In this document: piece by piece, positions 33,380 to 49,562 of the stretch | Layout: the number at the start of each line of letters is the position of its first letter | Numbering within the stretch: the first letter of the stretch is position 1 | Assembly: GCA_963750165.1 (NCBI GenBank) | Contig: CAVVPN010000003.1 | Span: forward strand, 576,001 to 640,000 | DNA length: 64,000 bases | Reading direction: 5' to 3' | Source of the DNA: an uncultured Gemmataceae bacterium | GTDB taxonomy: Bacteria > Planctomycetota > Planctomycetia > Gemmatales > Gemmataceae | Notes under the pieces: model-generated | The model's input: the letters and a program-made list of their open reading frames with translations, nothing else | What the model was told of the DNA's origin: nothing | Databases searched by the model: none | Made by a program: the position numbers and the translations under genes

Positions 33380-33940
33380 GTGGCCCCAGAACCCGACCCG
33401 GATCTCCTGGAGCGCTTCCGCCCGTACCTGCACCTGCTAGCCCGGCTGCAGCTGGGGACCGGCCTGCGCGCGAAGCTCGACGCCTCCGACATGGTGCAGC
33501 AGACGTTCCTGCAAGCCTGGCGAGCGCTGCCGCAGTTCCGCGGTACCACCGACGCCGAGTGGGCCGCCTGGCTGCGCCAGATCCTCGCCCGCACCCTGGC
33601 GCACGCCGTGCGCGATCTCGGCCGCGACAAGCGCGACCCCCAGCGCGAACGCTCCCTGGAGGCGGCCGTCCACGAATCGTCTGCCCGCCTGGAAGCGTGG
33701 CTGGCGGCGGAGCAGTCGTCGCCGAGCGAACGGGCCGACCGCAATGAACAGGTGGTGCGCCTGGCCGCGGTCCTGGCGGAACTGCCAGAGGCCCAGGCGG
33801 AAGCCATCGTGCTGCACTACTGGCAGGGCCGCACGGTCGCGGACATCGCCGGCCTGCTGAACCGCACGCCCGCGGCGGTGGCCGGGCTACTCAAGCGCGG
33901 GCTGCAAGCATTGCGCAAGCGACTGCTCGAACCGGAGTAA
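33380..33940 (+). CDS. ECF sigma-70 factor (planctomycete kinase-associated type)
   Basis: LERFRPYLHLLAR...KLDASDMVQQT...SSPSE...AVAGLLKRGL; AGGAGG RBS. Confidence 0.93.
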   Translation: MAPEPDPDLLERFRPYLHLLARLQLGTGLRAKLDASDMVQQTFLQAWRALPQFRGTTDAEWAAWLRQILARTLAHAVRDLGRDKRDPQRERSLEAAVHESSARLEAWLAAEQSSPSERADRNEQVVRLAAVLAELPEAQAEAIVLHYWQGRTVADIAGLLNRTPAAVAGLLKRGLQALRKRLLEPE

Positions 33941-34258
33941 CGTCGCGGGTGAGACGCCCTCGTGGTTGACCGTTGTGGATGGATAGAGATTCTGCGGCCC
34001 TTCTGAAGCAAGAAGGGGGGTCTGTGAGATGATACGAGACGAAGGCGGCACTACAAACAAAGAACCCCGAGGACGTCCTCTTTCCGCCACAACCTTTAAG
34101 GAGACACCAACCAGCGCGAGCGCTGCCGCATTTTTTTCGCGCCCCGTTGCGCTGCCCACGGGCTCCTTATCGAACAGGGAGATCGCCGATGGCCCCAGCC
34201 CCCAGCCCGGGCCCCCTGGCGTAACTGCACGAACAGCTTCTCGAACCGGAGTAGCGAC

Positions 34259-38381
<4,123 letters not shown>

Positions 38382-38464
38382 GAGCAGGGTTGGTCGGAGC
38401 CCGAGCGCCAGTGAGGGTGAGGCGGCTAACCCGCGCTGGCGCTCGGGCTCCGACCAGGAACAAT

Positions 38465-38838
38465 TCAGCCCTCCTTGCCGCGGGGCGGCACGGGCGCGGG
38501 CGGGGCACCGACCCGGGCGAGCCGCGCCAGTTCGCGCAACTTGTCGGTCAGGTCCTTGGCGATGTTGGACCGCTTGAGGAACAGCAGTGCGAAGGGGGTA
38601 TCGACCAGCGGGCCAAAATTGGGGCGAGGTTTTTCTTGCCAGCTACCGTCGGCCTGTTGTTCCGCCATCACGATGGGGTAACCCCAGTCGTACCAGTTCT
38701 TGCCGCCGATCTCTTCCTTCGAGTAAACCACGCCGAGCCGTTCCAGCGTCCACAGGAAATACAGGTCGCCCCAGGCGTCGGCGTCGAAGATTGACCCGCC
38801 GTAGCCAAACCCGGAACCGGCGCCGGGGTCTTTTTTTT
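38465..38838 (-). pseudogene. C-terminal half of the IS-interrupted gene
   Basis: DPGAG...GDLYFLWTLERLG...QQADGSW...DTPFALLFLKRSN; continues 40618-41768. Confidence 0.85.
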
Positions 38839-40617
38839 CTAGGACAGCAAAGCCGGCTGGAGCAGTTTTTCCTCCAACTGTTGGAGGAACGCCCGGGGAT
38901 TGCGACGGAACCGTGTGCGGTTGACTCGGCGGCGGCGGCGGGACTCCAGGTGTTGGCGGAGTTCCGCCTGCCTGACCGGGTCTGCCTCCGCCAACTCTTC
39001 CGCTGTGTAGACGTGCTGCCGGGTCGCCGCGGCCGCCAACACGCGGGCCTCCCCACGGAGCACCAGACTCGGGGACGCCCCCGTGCGGCCGCTGGCCCGG
39101 CGCTCGTGGTAGCGATGGCTGCCGAAGAACTGCTCCAGGTCGTTGTTCGTCCGCGGTAGGTCCGCGACGGCGTAGCAGTGGAACAGCCCCGGCCAGTAGC
39201 TCCGGGTGACCTTCACGAAGTGCTCGACCCCGCTCGCCAGCGCCCCGACCAGCCCGCGGTGGCGGGTCATCGCCCCGAGCAGACCACCCAGGCGCTGCCG
39301 CACGGCTGGGGCCACCCCGGGGCCGTGTTCGCCCAGCAGGTGCGCCGCCTGCCAGACCCAGGCGAAGGCCACGCGCACCGGGGGCCACAGCGGCGCCGTG
39401 GCCGCCAACGCCGCCACGAGCAGCAGCCTCAGCCGGACGAGTTCTTTCGGGAGCCCCTTTTTTCGGCCACCCCGTCCAGGCTGGCCACCACGGCGCTCAG
39501 GCGGTCGTGGAGTTTCAGCCCGGACGCTTCCAGGGGCGGCCGGCCGTCGTCGGTCACGGCACTGCGGACCGCGTCGCAGTACCCCTGGATGGCCTGGGCC
39601 TCGGGGTCGGTGCGGCCCTCCACCTGGCGCTCGAGGGGCCGCACGCCGCGGACGCGCTTCTTGAGTTCCTTCTTGGCGTGGCGGTCGGCCTCGTAGATGG
39701 GCCGGGCGGCTTCGCGGAGGTAGTGGAAGTGGCAGAGTTGGTGCGGCACGCCGGGCAAGGCTTCGGCCACGGCCTTGCGGATGGAGTGCTGGCCGTCGGA
39801 GACCACCCCGGTGATCGGCACCGCCAGGCCGTCGCGCACCTGGCCGATGAGTTCGGCCAGGTCCTGCTGCCGGCTGGACAACAGGCTGCGCGCAGCAGGA
39901 CGGTGCCGGAGAGGCAGTCGCGCAACACCCAGAGCACCTCGTGGCCGACGTCGGGCTGCAGGCCGTCGATGGCCAGGATGACGCGGCCCTGCGCGGCCAG
40001 CAACCCGCGCAGGCGGCCGGCGTCGGTCAGGGTGACGGCCAGCAGTTCGTCGTAGCGCTCCAGGAGGTTGGTGACCGTCCGCTCGGCGATGGCCAGGCCC
40101 CGGGCGACCAGGTGCTGGTGGATCTCGGGGACGGAGCGGTGCTCGGCGTAGCGGAGGGCGCCGAGGTGGGCGATGACGTCCAGGCCGAACTCGTGCTGGG
40201 GCAGGGCGTGGCGGCCCTCGGCCTCGGGCCGGTAGGGCTGCAGGTGGCGTGGGCAGTCGGCGGTGTGGCAGCGGCGGATGTGGAGCACCAGCCGTGTCAG
40301 GCCCAGCAGGGTGACGACGGTGCGGTCGTTCCGGTAGTCGGACCACATCCGTCGGTGGCAGGCGGGGCAGTCCTGGTACAAGGCGTCCAGGTGTTGGGTG
40401 AAGGTGGGTTCGGGGCGGGGCGCCTTCCTGGCCATGGCAAGCTCCTGGGTTGGGGGGCTTTGCTACGCAACTCGTTTTTCGCGGTACGCCTCGGTAACGT
40501 TCCGTGACGAACGGGACCAACCGCGGGACGAAATTACATTACGTATCAAAGCCGGGTTGGGGCGCTAAAGCGTAACCCAAACCCAGGTTAGCTGTCTAGC
40601 CGGCTTTGCTGTCCTAG
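38839..40617 (-). mobile_element. Complete-ended IS (~1779 bp, unclassified/ISNCY-like DDE transposase)
   Basis: Terminal IR CTAGGACAGCAAAGCCGGCT at both ends; T8 flanks both sides; transposase 40435 to 38839 with LAIDG, VVSDG, CHFHY and RTNNDLEQFF motifs. Confidence 0.92.
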
Positions 40618-41768
40618 TTTTTTTTCCGGCCAATCGTCCGGGCCACGAAGGCAAATGCCTTGTCCACGTCGGCCCGCTTCTGGCCGGCCACCGGGGGGCG
40701 CGGGCTGGGCGTGAATTCCCTGTCCTCCAGCAGTGCCTTTTCGATCGCCAGCGCGATCAGGCCGGCGCAGGTGCTGGTGGCCTTGAGGCTGACGCGGGGG
40801 TAGTTCCACGAGCCGTCGGGGTTCTGCTCCCGGTGAAAATACGCCGCCAGCGCCAGCAAGGGTTCGCGCACCGGCACGCCGTGCTTGCGGGCGCCCCAGA
40901 CCGCCAGCATGGCGAACTGGGTGTTGGACAGGGACACGCCCCCTCCTATCACGGGGCCGTTCGGCTTGTAGGTGCCGTCGCGCAGGGCCGTCAGGAGTTT
41001 GGCTTCCTGGTCCGGCGACATGATGCCGCTGCCGTAGGACCAGATGCCGCTGGCCGTTTGCCCGGCGATGAGGCGCAGGGCCAGGGTCCGGGCCGTCGCG
41101 CGGTCCTTCTCGTCCAGGGGCTGGCTCTCGTGCCAGCGGTTCAGGAAGAACAGGGACGCGGCCAGGTCATAAACCTGATCCATCCCGGGTGCCGCACCCC
41201 GAATGATCTGGGCGATGCGCAGCACGGCCGGGTCGTCCGCGGGCACGTCACACTCCAGCAGGGCCAGGCCGTTCAGGCCGGCGTAGCCGGCGCTCTTGGT
41301 CTCCAGTTCCGGCAGCTTTGTCTTGATGAACGCCACCCCCCTGTCCACGGCGGGCTGCACGATCTTGATGCGCGGGTCGGGTGGCGGCGGGGGCGGGATC
41401 GGCGGCGCTGGCGGGCTCTGCTGATTCGTGGTGCCAGGCACCGGCTCCGGCTCGGCCTGGGGCGACGCCTGGCTGAACAGGATCGCCGCGACGACCAGAC
41501 CGCTGACGAGCACGACGCCAACGCCGGACAGCAACAGGATTGGCGCCAGCGGCCGGCGCGGCGCCGGCGGGGCGGCCGGTGACGACTCGACCGGTAGGGC
41601 GGCGGGCGGCGGTGCGGGCGCCGCGGCGGGTGGCGGCCCGGCGGCAACGGGGCTGGCCCTGGCGGCAATCTTGAAGGTCAACCGGCAGTGCGGGCAGGTC
41701 ATGGCGGCCGGCGGCGGTTGGGGGATGATGAGTGGCGCGGCGCACTTCGGGCAGGCGGGGGGCGGCAT
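40618..41768 (-). pseudogene. N-terminal part of a Zn-ribbon + TM + prenyltransferase-like alpha/alpha-barrel protein, split by the IS
   Basis: CPKC...CPHC, Pro-rich linker, TM segment, AVDRGVAFI, SNTQFAMLAVW and QNPDGSWNY. Confidence 0.85.
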
Positions 41769-41935
41769 GGGCTACTACTACGGGACGGGAAATTGATCGC
41801 AGACTGCATGCGATATTACCCCCCGCGGGGAGGCGCTACAAGCACCAATTCCTGGTCGTGGTTGCAGGCGTTAGCCCGACGCGCCAGCGAGGGGAGAGGC
41901 CCTTCCCTCGCTGGCGCGTCTAACGATTCCCCAGC

Positions 41936-43207
41936 CTAGCGCTTGCCGATGCAGTACAGGTACAGGTCGGTGCGCAGCAGCAGTTCGCCGCCGCTGACGG
42001 CGATGGAGGCGTTGGTGCGGCTCTTGTCGTCCGCGAAGACGTTGTGGGCCAGCGGCTCGAACTTCGGCCGGCATGCCACGACGTAAGTACCGTTTTGCTT
42101 CGAGACGATGTACAGGTTGCCGCCGGCCAGCACCGGCGACGCCCAGATCTGGCCCGCCGCTGGCTTGAGCCGTTCGCTGTAGACGAACTTGCCGGTCGCC
42201 GCCTCCTGGCAGTGCAGCAGGCCGCCGCCGTCGCTGGGCCAGTACAGGTAGCCCTCGTGGTAGATCGGCGAGGGCACGTTGGAGCCCTTCTTGTTGATCC
42301 GCCACAGGACGTGCGTTTTGGTCACATCGCCGCGGCCGCCGGCCTTGATCGCGAAGATGGCGCTGCCGCCGCCGGTGCCGTAGATGACGCCGTCGTGCGC
42401 CACCACACTCGGGCAAACGTAGCGGTGGACGCCCTCGGCCTTCCACAGTTCCTTGCCGGTGTCCGGGTTGAAGCCTTTCAGCCAGTTCGGCACGCTGAGC
42501 ACCAGTTCGGTTTCGCCGTTGGCCTTCACCAGGATGGGCGTGTCCCAGGTTTCGTTGATGCCAGGTGTGCGCCACCGTTCCTTGCCGGTCAGCCTGTCCA
42601 GGGCGACAAGGGCGTTGCTCTCGCTGCTGGCGTTGACGATCAGCATGTCCTTGTAGAGCATCGGCGACGCCGCCGAACCCCACCGATCGTGGACCTTCTT
42701 GCCGACGCTGACGTGCCAGAGCTCCTTGCCGTCCAGGTTGAAGCAATACACGCCTGACTTGCCAAAGAACACGTACAGCCGCTCGCCGTCCGAAATGGGC
42801 GTGCTGGAGCTGTAGCCGTGGTACGAGCCCTCGCCCTTGTACACGTGCTCCGGCAGCTCCGCCGCGAATTCCTTCGCCCACAGGACGTTGCCGCTGCGCT
42901 GATCGACGCAGAGCAGGTGCCGCTTCAGGTCGTCCATGTTGCCGGGCTTTTTCGTGTCCAGGGCGTAGCCGGAGTAGCACGTCACGAAGACGCGGTTGCC
43001 GACCACTACCGGACTGCTCGAACCCGGCCCCGGCAGCCTGGTCTTCCAGAGAAGGTTCTGCTGCGCGGACCATTCGACCGGCAGACCTTTTTCGTTGCTG
43101 ACGCCCTGGCCGTCCGGGCCGCGGAACTGCCGCCAGTCCGCGGACGTGGCGTTACACACTCCGAACAGCACGAGCAGGACGAACGCGGTGCGACGCTGGC
43201 GTTGCAT
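41936..43207 (-). CDS. PQQ-binding-like beta-propeller protein
   Basis: ADWRQFRGPDGQG, GSSSPVV, SSTPISDG and GKELW repeats. Confidence 0.92.
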   Translation of the reverse strand: MQRQRRTAFVLLVLFGVCNATSADWRQFRGPDGQGVSNEKGLPVEWSAQQNLLWKTRLPGPGSSSPVVVGNRVFVTCYSGYALDTKKPGNMDDLKRHLLCVDQRSGNVLWAKEFAAELPEHVYKGEGSYHGYSSSTPISDGERLYVFFGKSGVYCFNLDGKELWHVSVGKKVHDRWGSAASPMLYKDMLIVNASSESNALVALDRLTGKERWRTPGINETWDTPILVKANGETELVLSVPNWLKGFNPDTGKELWKAEGVHRYVCPSVVAHDGVIYGTGGGSAIFAIKAGGRGDVTKTHVLWRINKKGSNVPSPIYHEGYLYWPSDGGGLLHCQEAATGKFVYSERLKPAAGQIWASPVLAGGNLYIVSKQNGTYVVACRPKFEPLAHNVFADDKSRTNASIAVSGGELLLRTDLYLYCIGKR

Positions 43208-43258
43208 GGGAATGCCCCCCGGCATTGACACGGTGGATGGAAAAACGGTGGGTTCGGT

Positions 43259-44728
43259 TCAGGCGAGCAGGGTCTCAATCGGGTGGGCCAGTTCCACGCC
43301 GGTCAGGCGCTGGTCGAGGCCCTGGAAACGGAAGGTAAAGCGCTCGTGGTCGATGCCCAGGCAGCGCAGCACCGTGGCGTACAGGTCCAGGACACTCGCC
43401 GGATGTTCGACGATGTTGTAACTGAAGTCGTCGGTCTCGCCGTACACCTGGCCGCCCTTGATGCCACCGCCGGCCAGCCACATGCAGAAGTTGCGCGGGT
43501 GGTGGTCGCGGCCGTAGTTGTTCGGCGTCAGCGTCCCCTGCGAGTACACCGTGCGGCCGAACTCGCCGCCCCAGACCACCAGCGTCTCGTCGAGCAGGCC
43601 GCGCCGCTTCAGGTCCAGCAACAGCGCCCCGGTAGCGCGGTCGGTGTCGGCACATTGGTTGCCGAGCGCCTGCGGCAGATTGCCGTGCTGGTCCCAGCCG
43701 CGGTGCAGAATCTGCACCACACGCACGCCCCGCTCCACCAGCCGCCGCGCCAGCAGCGCACTGTGCGCGAAGGTGCCGGGCGTGCGCGCCTGCGGGCCGT
43801 ACAGGTCCAGCACGTTCTGCGGCTCGTTGCGGAGATCGACCAGGTCCGGCACACTGGTCTGCATGCGGAAAGCCATTTCGTACTGGGCGATGCGCGTCTG
43901 CGTCTCGGGATCGCCGAAACGCTCGAAGTTGCGCTGGTTGAGCTGGTTGAGGGCGTCGAGCATGGCGCGGCGGTCCTGGGTGGAGACGCCGGGCGGGTTC
44001 TGCACATAGAGGACCGGGTCGCCGGTGCCGCGCAGCGCGACGCCGTTGAAGCGGCCGGGCAGGAAGCCGGACGACCACATGCGTGTGAACAGCGCCTGAC
44101 CGTTGCCGCTCTGCGGGAAACGCGGCGTGAACACGACAAACGCGGGCAGGTCATTGCTCTCGCTGCCGAGGCCGTACGCCAGCCACGAGCCGATGCTGGC
44201 CTTGCCGGGCACCTCGCTGCCGGTCATGACGAAGGTGCATGCCGGGTCGTGGTTGATGGCGTTGGTGTGGACGGTCTTGACCAGTGCGATGTCATCGACC
44301 ATGCGGGCGGTGTACGGAAGCAGTTCGCTGACCCAGGTGCCGCAGCGGCCGTGGCGCGTGAACTTGAACTTCGACGGTGCCACCGGGAAGCGGCCCTGGC
44401 CGCTGGTCATGGTGGTGAGGCGCTGGCCCATGCGGACGCTGTCGGGCAGCTGCTGGTTGAAGTGGCGCTGCAACTGCGGTTTGTAGTCCCACAGGTCCAG
44501 CTGGGCGGGGCCGCCGTTCATGTGCAGGTAGATGAGCGCCCTGGCCCGCGGCGGGAAGTGCGGCAGGCCCGGCAGCGGCGGATGCACGCGGGCCGGTGCT
44601 GGTTGCTGAGCGCTGGCGGCGCGGCCGCCCGCCAGCATGGCCATTGCGAGGCCGCCGAGGCGCAGGCCGGTGTGGCCAAAGAACTGCCGGCGCGTCTGGT
44701 GCAGGTGATAGTCAAACAGGGGATTCAT
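43259..44728 (-). CDS. DUF1501 family protein
   Basis: TRRQFF (Tat-like), [18 protein letters not shown] and WGGEFGRT motifs. Confidence 0.93.
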   Translation of the reverse strand: MNPLFDYHLHQTRRQFFGHTGLRLGGLAMAMLAGGRAASAQQPAPARVHPPLPGLPHFPPRARALIYLHMNGGPAQLDLWDYKPQLQRHFNQQLPDSVRMGQRLTTMTSGQGRFPVAPSKFKFTRHGRCGTWVSELLPYTARMVDDIALVKTVHTNAINHDPACTFVMTGSEVPGKASIGSWLAYGLGSESNDLPAFVVFTPRFPQSGNGQALFTRMWSSGFLPGRFNGVALRGTGDPVLYVQNPPGVSTQDRRAMLDALNQLNQRNFERFGDPETQTRIAQYEMAFRMQTSVPDLVDLRNEPQNVLDLYGPQARTPGTFAHSALLARRLVERGVRVVQILHRGWDQHGNLPQALGNQCADTDRATGALLLDLKRRGLLDETLVVWGGEFGRTVYSQGTLTPNNYGRDHHPRNFCMWLAGGGIKGGQVYGETDDFSYNIVEHPASVLDLYATVLRCLGIDHERFTFRFQGLDQRLTGVELAHPIETLLA

Positions 44729-44804
44729 CGTCGATGTCCTTGTTGCGCGTCCGATCCGAGCCCGAGCGCCAGCGAGGGCCCTCGCTGGCGCTCGGGCTTG
44801 GACA

Positions 44805-47411
44805 TCAATTCCGCGTCACGGTCTCATCCAGGTTCAGCAGCAAATTCGCGATCATCGTATACGCCGCCAGTTCGGACTCATCGAGCCCCGCCCGCGGCGC
44901 CCGCTCGCCGACGCGCACCACGCGCCGGGCCGCTTCGACATCCTTCCGGTAGCGCCCGCGGTACTGCTCCAGCACGCGCTGCACCACGTCCAGCTCCACC
45001 GCTTCCGGCGGCCGCGCCAGCACGACGCGATAGGCGAAACCGATACGCTCCGCCATCGTCTTGCCGCCTTCCGTCAGCATGCGCTCGGCCAGGCCGCGGG
45101 CGGCCTCGAAGTGCTGCACGTCGTTGAGCAACTGCAACGCCTGCAGCGGCGTGTTGCCGCGCTCACGGCGGCTGCACAGCTGTTCGCGGTTCGGGGCGTC
45201 AAAGTTGGTCATGAACGGCGGCGGCGCCGTGCGCTTGAGGAACACGTAAATACTGCGGCGATACAGGGCCGGCCCGGTGTCCGCCTTGTAGTTCATGGTG
45301 TTCGAGCCGGTGAACGCGACCGGCTCCCAGATGCGTGGCGGCTGATACGGCCGTACGCCGCGGCCGCCCATCTCCAGGTTGATGAGGCCGCCGACGAACA
45401 GGGCGTTGTCGCGGAGCTGCTCGGCGTCCAGACGGAAGCGCGGGCCGCGCGCCAGCAGCCGGTTGTCCGGGTCGCGCTTGAACAGCGCCGGCGTCACCTT
45501 CGCGGACTGGCGGAAGGTGGCGGAGGTCAGCATCAGGCGCATGAGGGCCTTCACGTCCCAGCCGGTTTCGCGGAAGTGGATCGCCAGGTAATCGAGCAAC
45601 TCGGGATGGCTGGGCAACTCGCCCTGGGTGCCGAAGTCGGCGCTGCTCTTGACGAGGCCGGTGCCGAAGCACTGCTGCCAGAAGCGGTTCACCGCGACGC
45701 GAGCCGTCAGCGGATGCTCGGCCGACACCAGCCAGCGGGCGAGGTCGAGCCGCGTGGCCCGGCCCTTCGGATTGGCCTTGCGCAACGGCGGCAACACGGC
45801 GGGGGTGTTCGGCTCCACTTTTTCGCCCGGCTTGTTGTACTGGCCGCGCAGCATCACAAAGCTGTCGCGCGGCCGGGGCATGTCCTTGAAGATGAAGGTG
45901 CCGGGGACGGCTTTCTCCACGGCATCGCGCTCCTTCGTCAGCGCCGCGACCTGCCGGGACAGCGCGTCGAACGCCGGTTTGGTGTCGGCACAGAGGTGTT
46001 GCAGGTAATGGTCGCGCAGCTGCTTCTCGGCATCGGGCTTGAGTTTGGCCTGCTTGAACAGGGCCTTGAGTTCCTTCGGCAGTTTCGCCGCGTCCTTGCC
46101 GCCCTTCTGGGCGAGCCAGACGCGGAACGACCGGGCCGGGTCGGCGGCGACCTTCACCGTCCCGGGCCGCTGGTCCGCCGCGTCCGCGGGATCGACATAG
46201 TCAAGCGTCTTGATTTTCTCCGCGAGGTCCTGCTGTTTGGCGGCGAGCTGCTTCACCAGTTCGGCCAACCGCTTCTCCTGGGCCTTCGTCGGCGTCTTCA
46301 GCGTCGGCCCGGTGAGCAGGGCGTTGCCGTCCAGTGCCGGGCCGTCGGCCGAGTGGAAGAACGCATACAGCGAGTAATACTCGCGCGTGCCGAGTGGGTC
46401 GAACTTGTGGTCATGGCACACCGCGCAGCCGGCGGTCATGCCGAGCCAGGTTTCGGCCATCGTGTTGGTGCGATCCACGGCGTTGCGGAAGACCCACTCC
46501 GCGCCGATGGAGCCGCCCTCGCTGGTCGTGACGTTGCAGCGGTTGAAGCCGGTGGCGATCAGCTGGTCGGTGGTCGGGTTCGGCAGCAGATCGCCGGCCA
46601 GTTGCTCGATGGTGAAGCGGTCGAAGGGCAGGTTGGCGTTGAACGCCTGGACCACCCAGTCGCGGTAGAGCCACATCGAGCGTTCGTTGTCCAGGTGCAG
46701 GCCGTGCGTGTCGGCGTAGCGGGCCAGGTCCAGCCAGTGCCGGGCCATCTCCTCGCCAAAATGCTTCGAGCCCAGGTAGCGCTCGACCATCTTCTCGTAA
46801 GCGGCGGCCGAAGTGTCCCGCAGGAAGGCGTCCACCTCGGCGGGCGTGGGCGGCAGCCCGGTCAGCGTGAAGGCGACGCGGCGGATGAGCGTCGGCCGAT
46901 CCGCCTCCGGCGCCAGCGCCAGACCCTCGCGCCGCAGCCGGTCGGCGATGAAGGCGTCGATGGGGTGCTTGCGCTTGCCGGCCGGCTGCGGCAGCGCCAC
47001 CTTCACGGGCGCCTCGAACGACCAGTGCTTCTGATACACCGCCCCCTGGGCGATCCACGTCCGTAGCAGCTTTTTCTCCGCGGCGGTGAGCGTCCGGTGC
47101 GCCGTCGGCGGCGGCATCTGCTCACTCTTGTCCTTGGAGAAAATGCGGCGGACGAGTTCACTCTCGTCCGGTTTGCCGGCGACGATGGGCCGGGCGCCGC
47201 TGCGAGCGACCTTGACCGCCTCGTCGCGCAGGTCGAGGCGCAGGCCGCCCTTGCGGGCCGCGGGGCCGTGGCACTTGAAACAGGTGTTGGTCAGGATCGG
47301 CCGGATGTCCCGGTTGTACTGCACCGGCTCGTCGGCCCGGGCGGCGCCCGAGTGCAACGCCAGCGGGGCAAGACACAATGCGGTCAGGGTGTGGCGGAGG
47401 TTCGGGAGCAT
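44805..47411 (-). CDS. PSD1 / planctomycete cytochrome c protein (DUF1549 + DUF1553)
   Basis: [38 protein letters not shown] and SHPELLD motifs. Confidence 0.93.
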   Translation of the reverse strand: MLPNLRHTLTALCLAPLALHSGAARADEPVQYNRDIRPILTNTCFKCHGPAARKGGLRLDLRDEAVKVARSGARPIVAGKPDESELVRRIFSKDKSEQMPPPTAHRTLTAAEKKLLRTWIAQGAVYQKHWSFEAPVKVALPQPAGKRKHPIDAFIADRLRREGLALAPEADRPTLIRRVAFTLTGLPPTPAEVDAFLRDTSAAAYEKMVERYLGSKHFGEEMARHWLDLARYADTHGLHLDNERSMWLYRDWVVQAFNANLPFDRFTIEQLAGDLLPNPTTDQLIATGFNRCNVTTSEGGSIGAEWVFRNAVDRTNTMAETWLGMTAGCAVCHDHKFDPLGTREYYSLYAFFHSADGPALDGNALLTGPTLKTPTKAQEKRLAELVKQLAAKQQDLAEKIKTLDYVDPADAADQRPGTVKVAADPARSFRVWLAQKGGKDAAKLPKELKALFKQAKLKPDAEKQLRDHYLQHLCADTKPAFDALSRQVAALTKERDAVEKAVPGTFIFKDMPRPRDSFVMLRGQYNKPGEKVEPNTPAVLPPLRKANPKGRATRLDLARWLVSAEHPLTARVAVNRFWQQCFGTGLVKSSADFGTQGELPSHPELLDYLAIHFRETGWDVKALMRLMLTSATFRQSAKVTPALFKRDPDNRLLARGPRFRLDAEQLRDNALFVGGLINLEMGGRGVRPYQPPRIWEPVAFTGSNTMNYKADTGPALYRRSIYVFLKRTAPPPFMTNFDAPNREQLCSRRERGNTPLQALQLLNDVQHFEAARGLAERMLTEGGKTMAERIGFAYRVVLARPPEAVELDVVQRVLEQYRGRYRKDVEAARRVVRVGERAPRAGLDESELAAYTMIANLLLNLDETVTRN

Positions 47412-47658
47412 GGGTCGGTCCAGCGGTGGGAAAACGGGCAGGGTTCAACTGCCATCGTACCCGCGCCGGCGCCGTTCGCAAGAGGCTACCTGGTTTTTCC
47501 AGGGTGGAAAGTCGGTTGTGGGCCAGGGCGTAGTCGAACGCAGTGGCAGCCTGTGGCCGGAGCGGACAAGGATGGATACCGCTCCCGTGGCGAGTAAAAT
47601 GGTAAGCACGAGAACGCTACAGACTGACGGGTGAAACACCCTGAACTGAGGTGATGTC

Positions 47659-48135
47659 GTGACGAACGAGACCAAAGAAATCTACCTGGCCGGGCAGGCG
47701 CGCGTCCTGGCGACCATCCTCCTGACCCGCCGCGGTGATCTGAACATCGTGGAAACCAAGAAGAACTCTGGCCTGGACCTGCACGTCTACATTGAGCGCG
47801 ATGACAAGCCGATGCGGCTGGTGTTCGGCGTCCTGCTGCGCGGCATGGTGCCCCCCGGTCAGCGCGGAGCGCGCCAACCAGATCCTCGGGCCGACGATGG
47901 GCCAGTTCCGGGGGATGCGGAAGTTCACCTACCCCGTCTGCCTGTTCTTTTTCATCATGCGGGAGGAGCAGGCGTACTTTTCCTGGCTGGCGGAGCCGGT
48001 CGTGAACGGCGGCGCGCCAAGCTCGTCCACCACGAGCAGCCGAACTGCGTGCCGCTGAATTACGAACTGGTCGATCAGATCGTCGAGCGCGTGGTGGCCT
48101 GGTTCGATGCGGTGGAGCCGGTCCTGATCGGTTAA
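47659..48135 (+). CDS. DUF4365-like (PD-(D/E)XK-fold-like) hypothetical protein, two compensating frameshifts
   Basis: Rejoined read ...SGLDLHVYI...FGVLLRG...YPVCLFFFIMREEQAYFSWLAEP...VVAWFDA. Confidence 0.55.
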   Translation: MTNETKEIYLAGQARVLATILLTRRGDLNIVETKKNSGLDLHVYIERDDKPMRLVFGVLLRGMVPPGQRGARQPDPRADDGPVPGDAEVHLPRLPVLFHHAGGAGVLFLAGGAGRERRRAKLVHHEQPNCVPLNYELVDQIVERVVAWFDAVEPVLIG

Positions 48136-48311
48136 TGGGACAGTTCCCGGCGCAGCGCTCTGGAAGCGCTGGCGTTGCGGCGCCGTGGCGGTACAATACA
48201 AAAACCTCGTTCCGAGAAACCCCAGGACCATGATGGGGTTACTTTCTTTACTTCATCTCGAAGACATACATTCCCTTCGCGGGGACAGCCGCCAGGACGG
48301 GGAGGGGGTTG

Positions 48312-49504
48312 ATGGGCGCCAAAATAATTGTGGTCGGTGGCCCAAACGAGGGCGAAACCTATGAAATGGCCGAGGACTCCAAGGCCACCATCGGCCGCGG
48401 CGACTCGGCCAACTTTCGCCTCACGGACCCCACCGTGTCCCGCGTCCATTGCGTCGTGGAGTATTACGGCGGCCAGGGCGTCGTCAAGGATTGCGCCAGC
48501 AAAACGGGCACAAAGATCAACGGCATCGCCGTCGCCCACCAGGTGCTGCGGCCCCAGGCGGTCATCACCCTGGGCAACACTCAGGTGCGCTTCATGCCCG
48601 ATCCGCCACCGCCGCCGGCGCCCAAGGTGGAGGACGAGGAGGAGAAGGATCCCGAGGAACTGGTCAAGCTGAGCGGCACCAGGTTGGCCCACTTCGACAT
48701 CGGCGAGGTGGTGGCGGTCGGCAGCTCCGGTGTGGTCTTCAAGGCCAACGATTTCAAGGACAACCGCGAGGTCGCCCTCAAGGTGTACCTGCCCGAGTTC
48801 GCCGAGAACGACGTTGACGTGCAGCGCTTCATCCGGGCGGTCAAGACGATGCTGCCCATGCGCCACCCCAACCTCGTCACGCTCTACGGCGGCGGCAAGA
48901 CGGGGCCGTATTGCTGGATGTCGATGGAGTACGTCGAGGGCGAGAGCTTGACGGAGACCATCGCCCGTATCGGTCGGGCCGGCAAGATCGACTGGCGCGT
49001 CGCCCTGCGCATCGCCACCGACATCGGCCGCGGCCTGTTCTACATTCACAGCGAGAGCATCATCCACCGCAGCCTGTCGCCGGGCAACATTTTGCACACG
49101 CGCCTGGGCGAAACCAAGCTGGGCAGCCTGATTTTGGCGAAGGCGCTGTCGGGGCGCTGGCCAAGGATGTGACGGTCGGCGGTGAGTTCCTGGGCGATGT
49201 GCGCTACCTGGCGCCGGAGCAGGTCGGCGCTGGCGGCCCGGTGGACGGCCGCGCCGACATTTTCAGTCTGGGGGCGCTGTCGTACACCCTGCTGACGGGC
49301 AAGCCGCCGTTCGAGGGCAAGTCGCCGCTGCAAACCGCCACCTGGATTCTGCAGCGCGACCTGACGGCGCCCAGCATCCACAACCCTCAGATTCCCAAGC
49401 CGCTGGAGCGGTGTGTGCTCAAGATGCTGGCCAAGAACCCGGCCGAGCGCTTCCAGTCCGCTGGCGATTTGCTCGCCGTGCTGGAAGAGTTGCCGAAGAC
49501 GTGA
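48312..49504 (+). CDS. FHA domain + kinase-like (pseudokinase) protein, frameshift ~49155
   Basis: IGRG...VSRVHC...GTKING; VALK; HRSLSPGN; KLGSLILAK; YLAPEQ; DIFSLG. Confidence 0.88.
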
Positions 49505-49559
49505 GCGGGGTCGCGTCAGCGCCCGTGCGCGTTCCACGGGGCGCTGACGCGACCCCGCT
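49504..49559. terminator. Long GC-rich hairpin between convergent genes
   Basis: AGCGGGGTCGCGTCAGCGCCC...GGGCGCTGACGCGACCCCGCT. Confidence 0.7.
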
Positions 49560-49562
49560 CGC

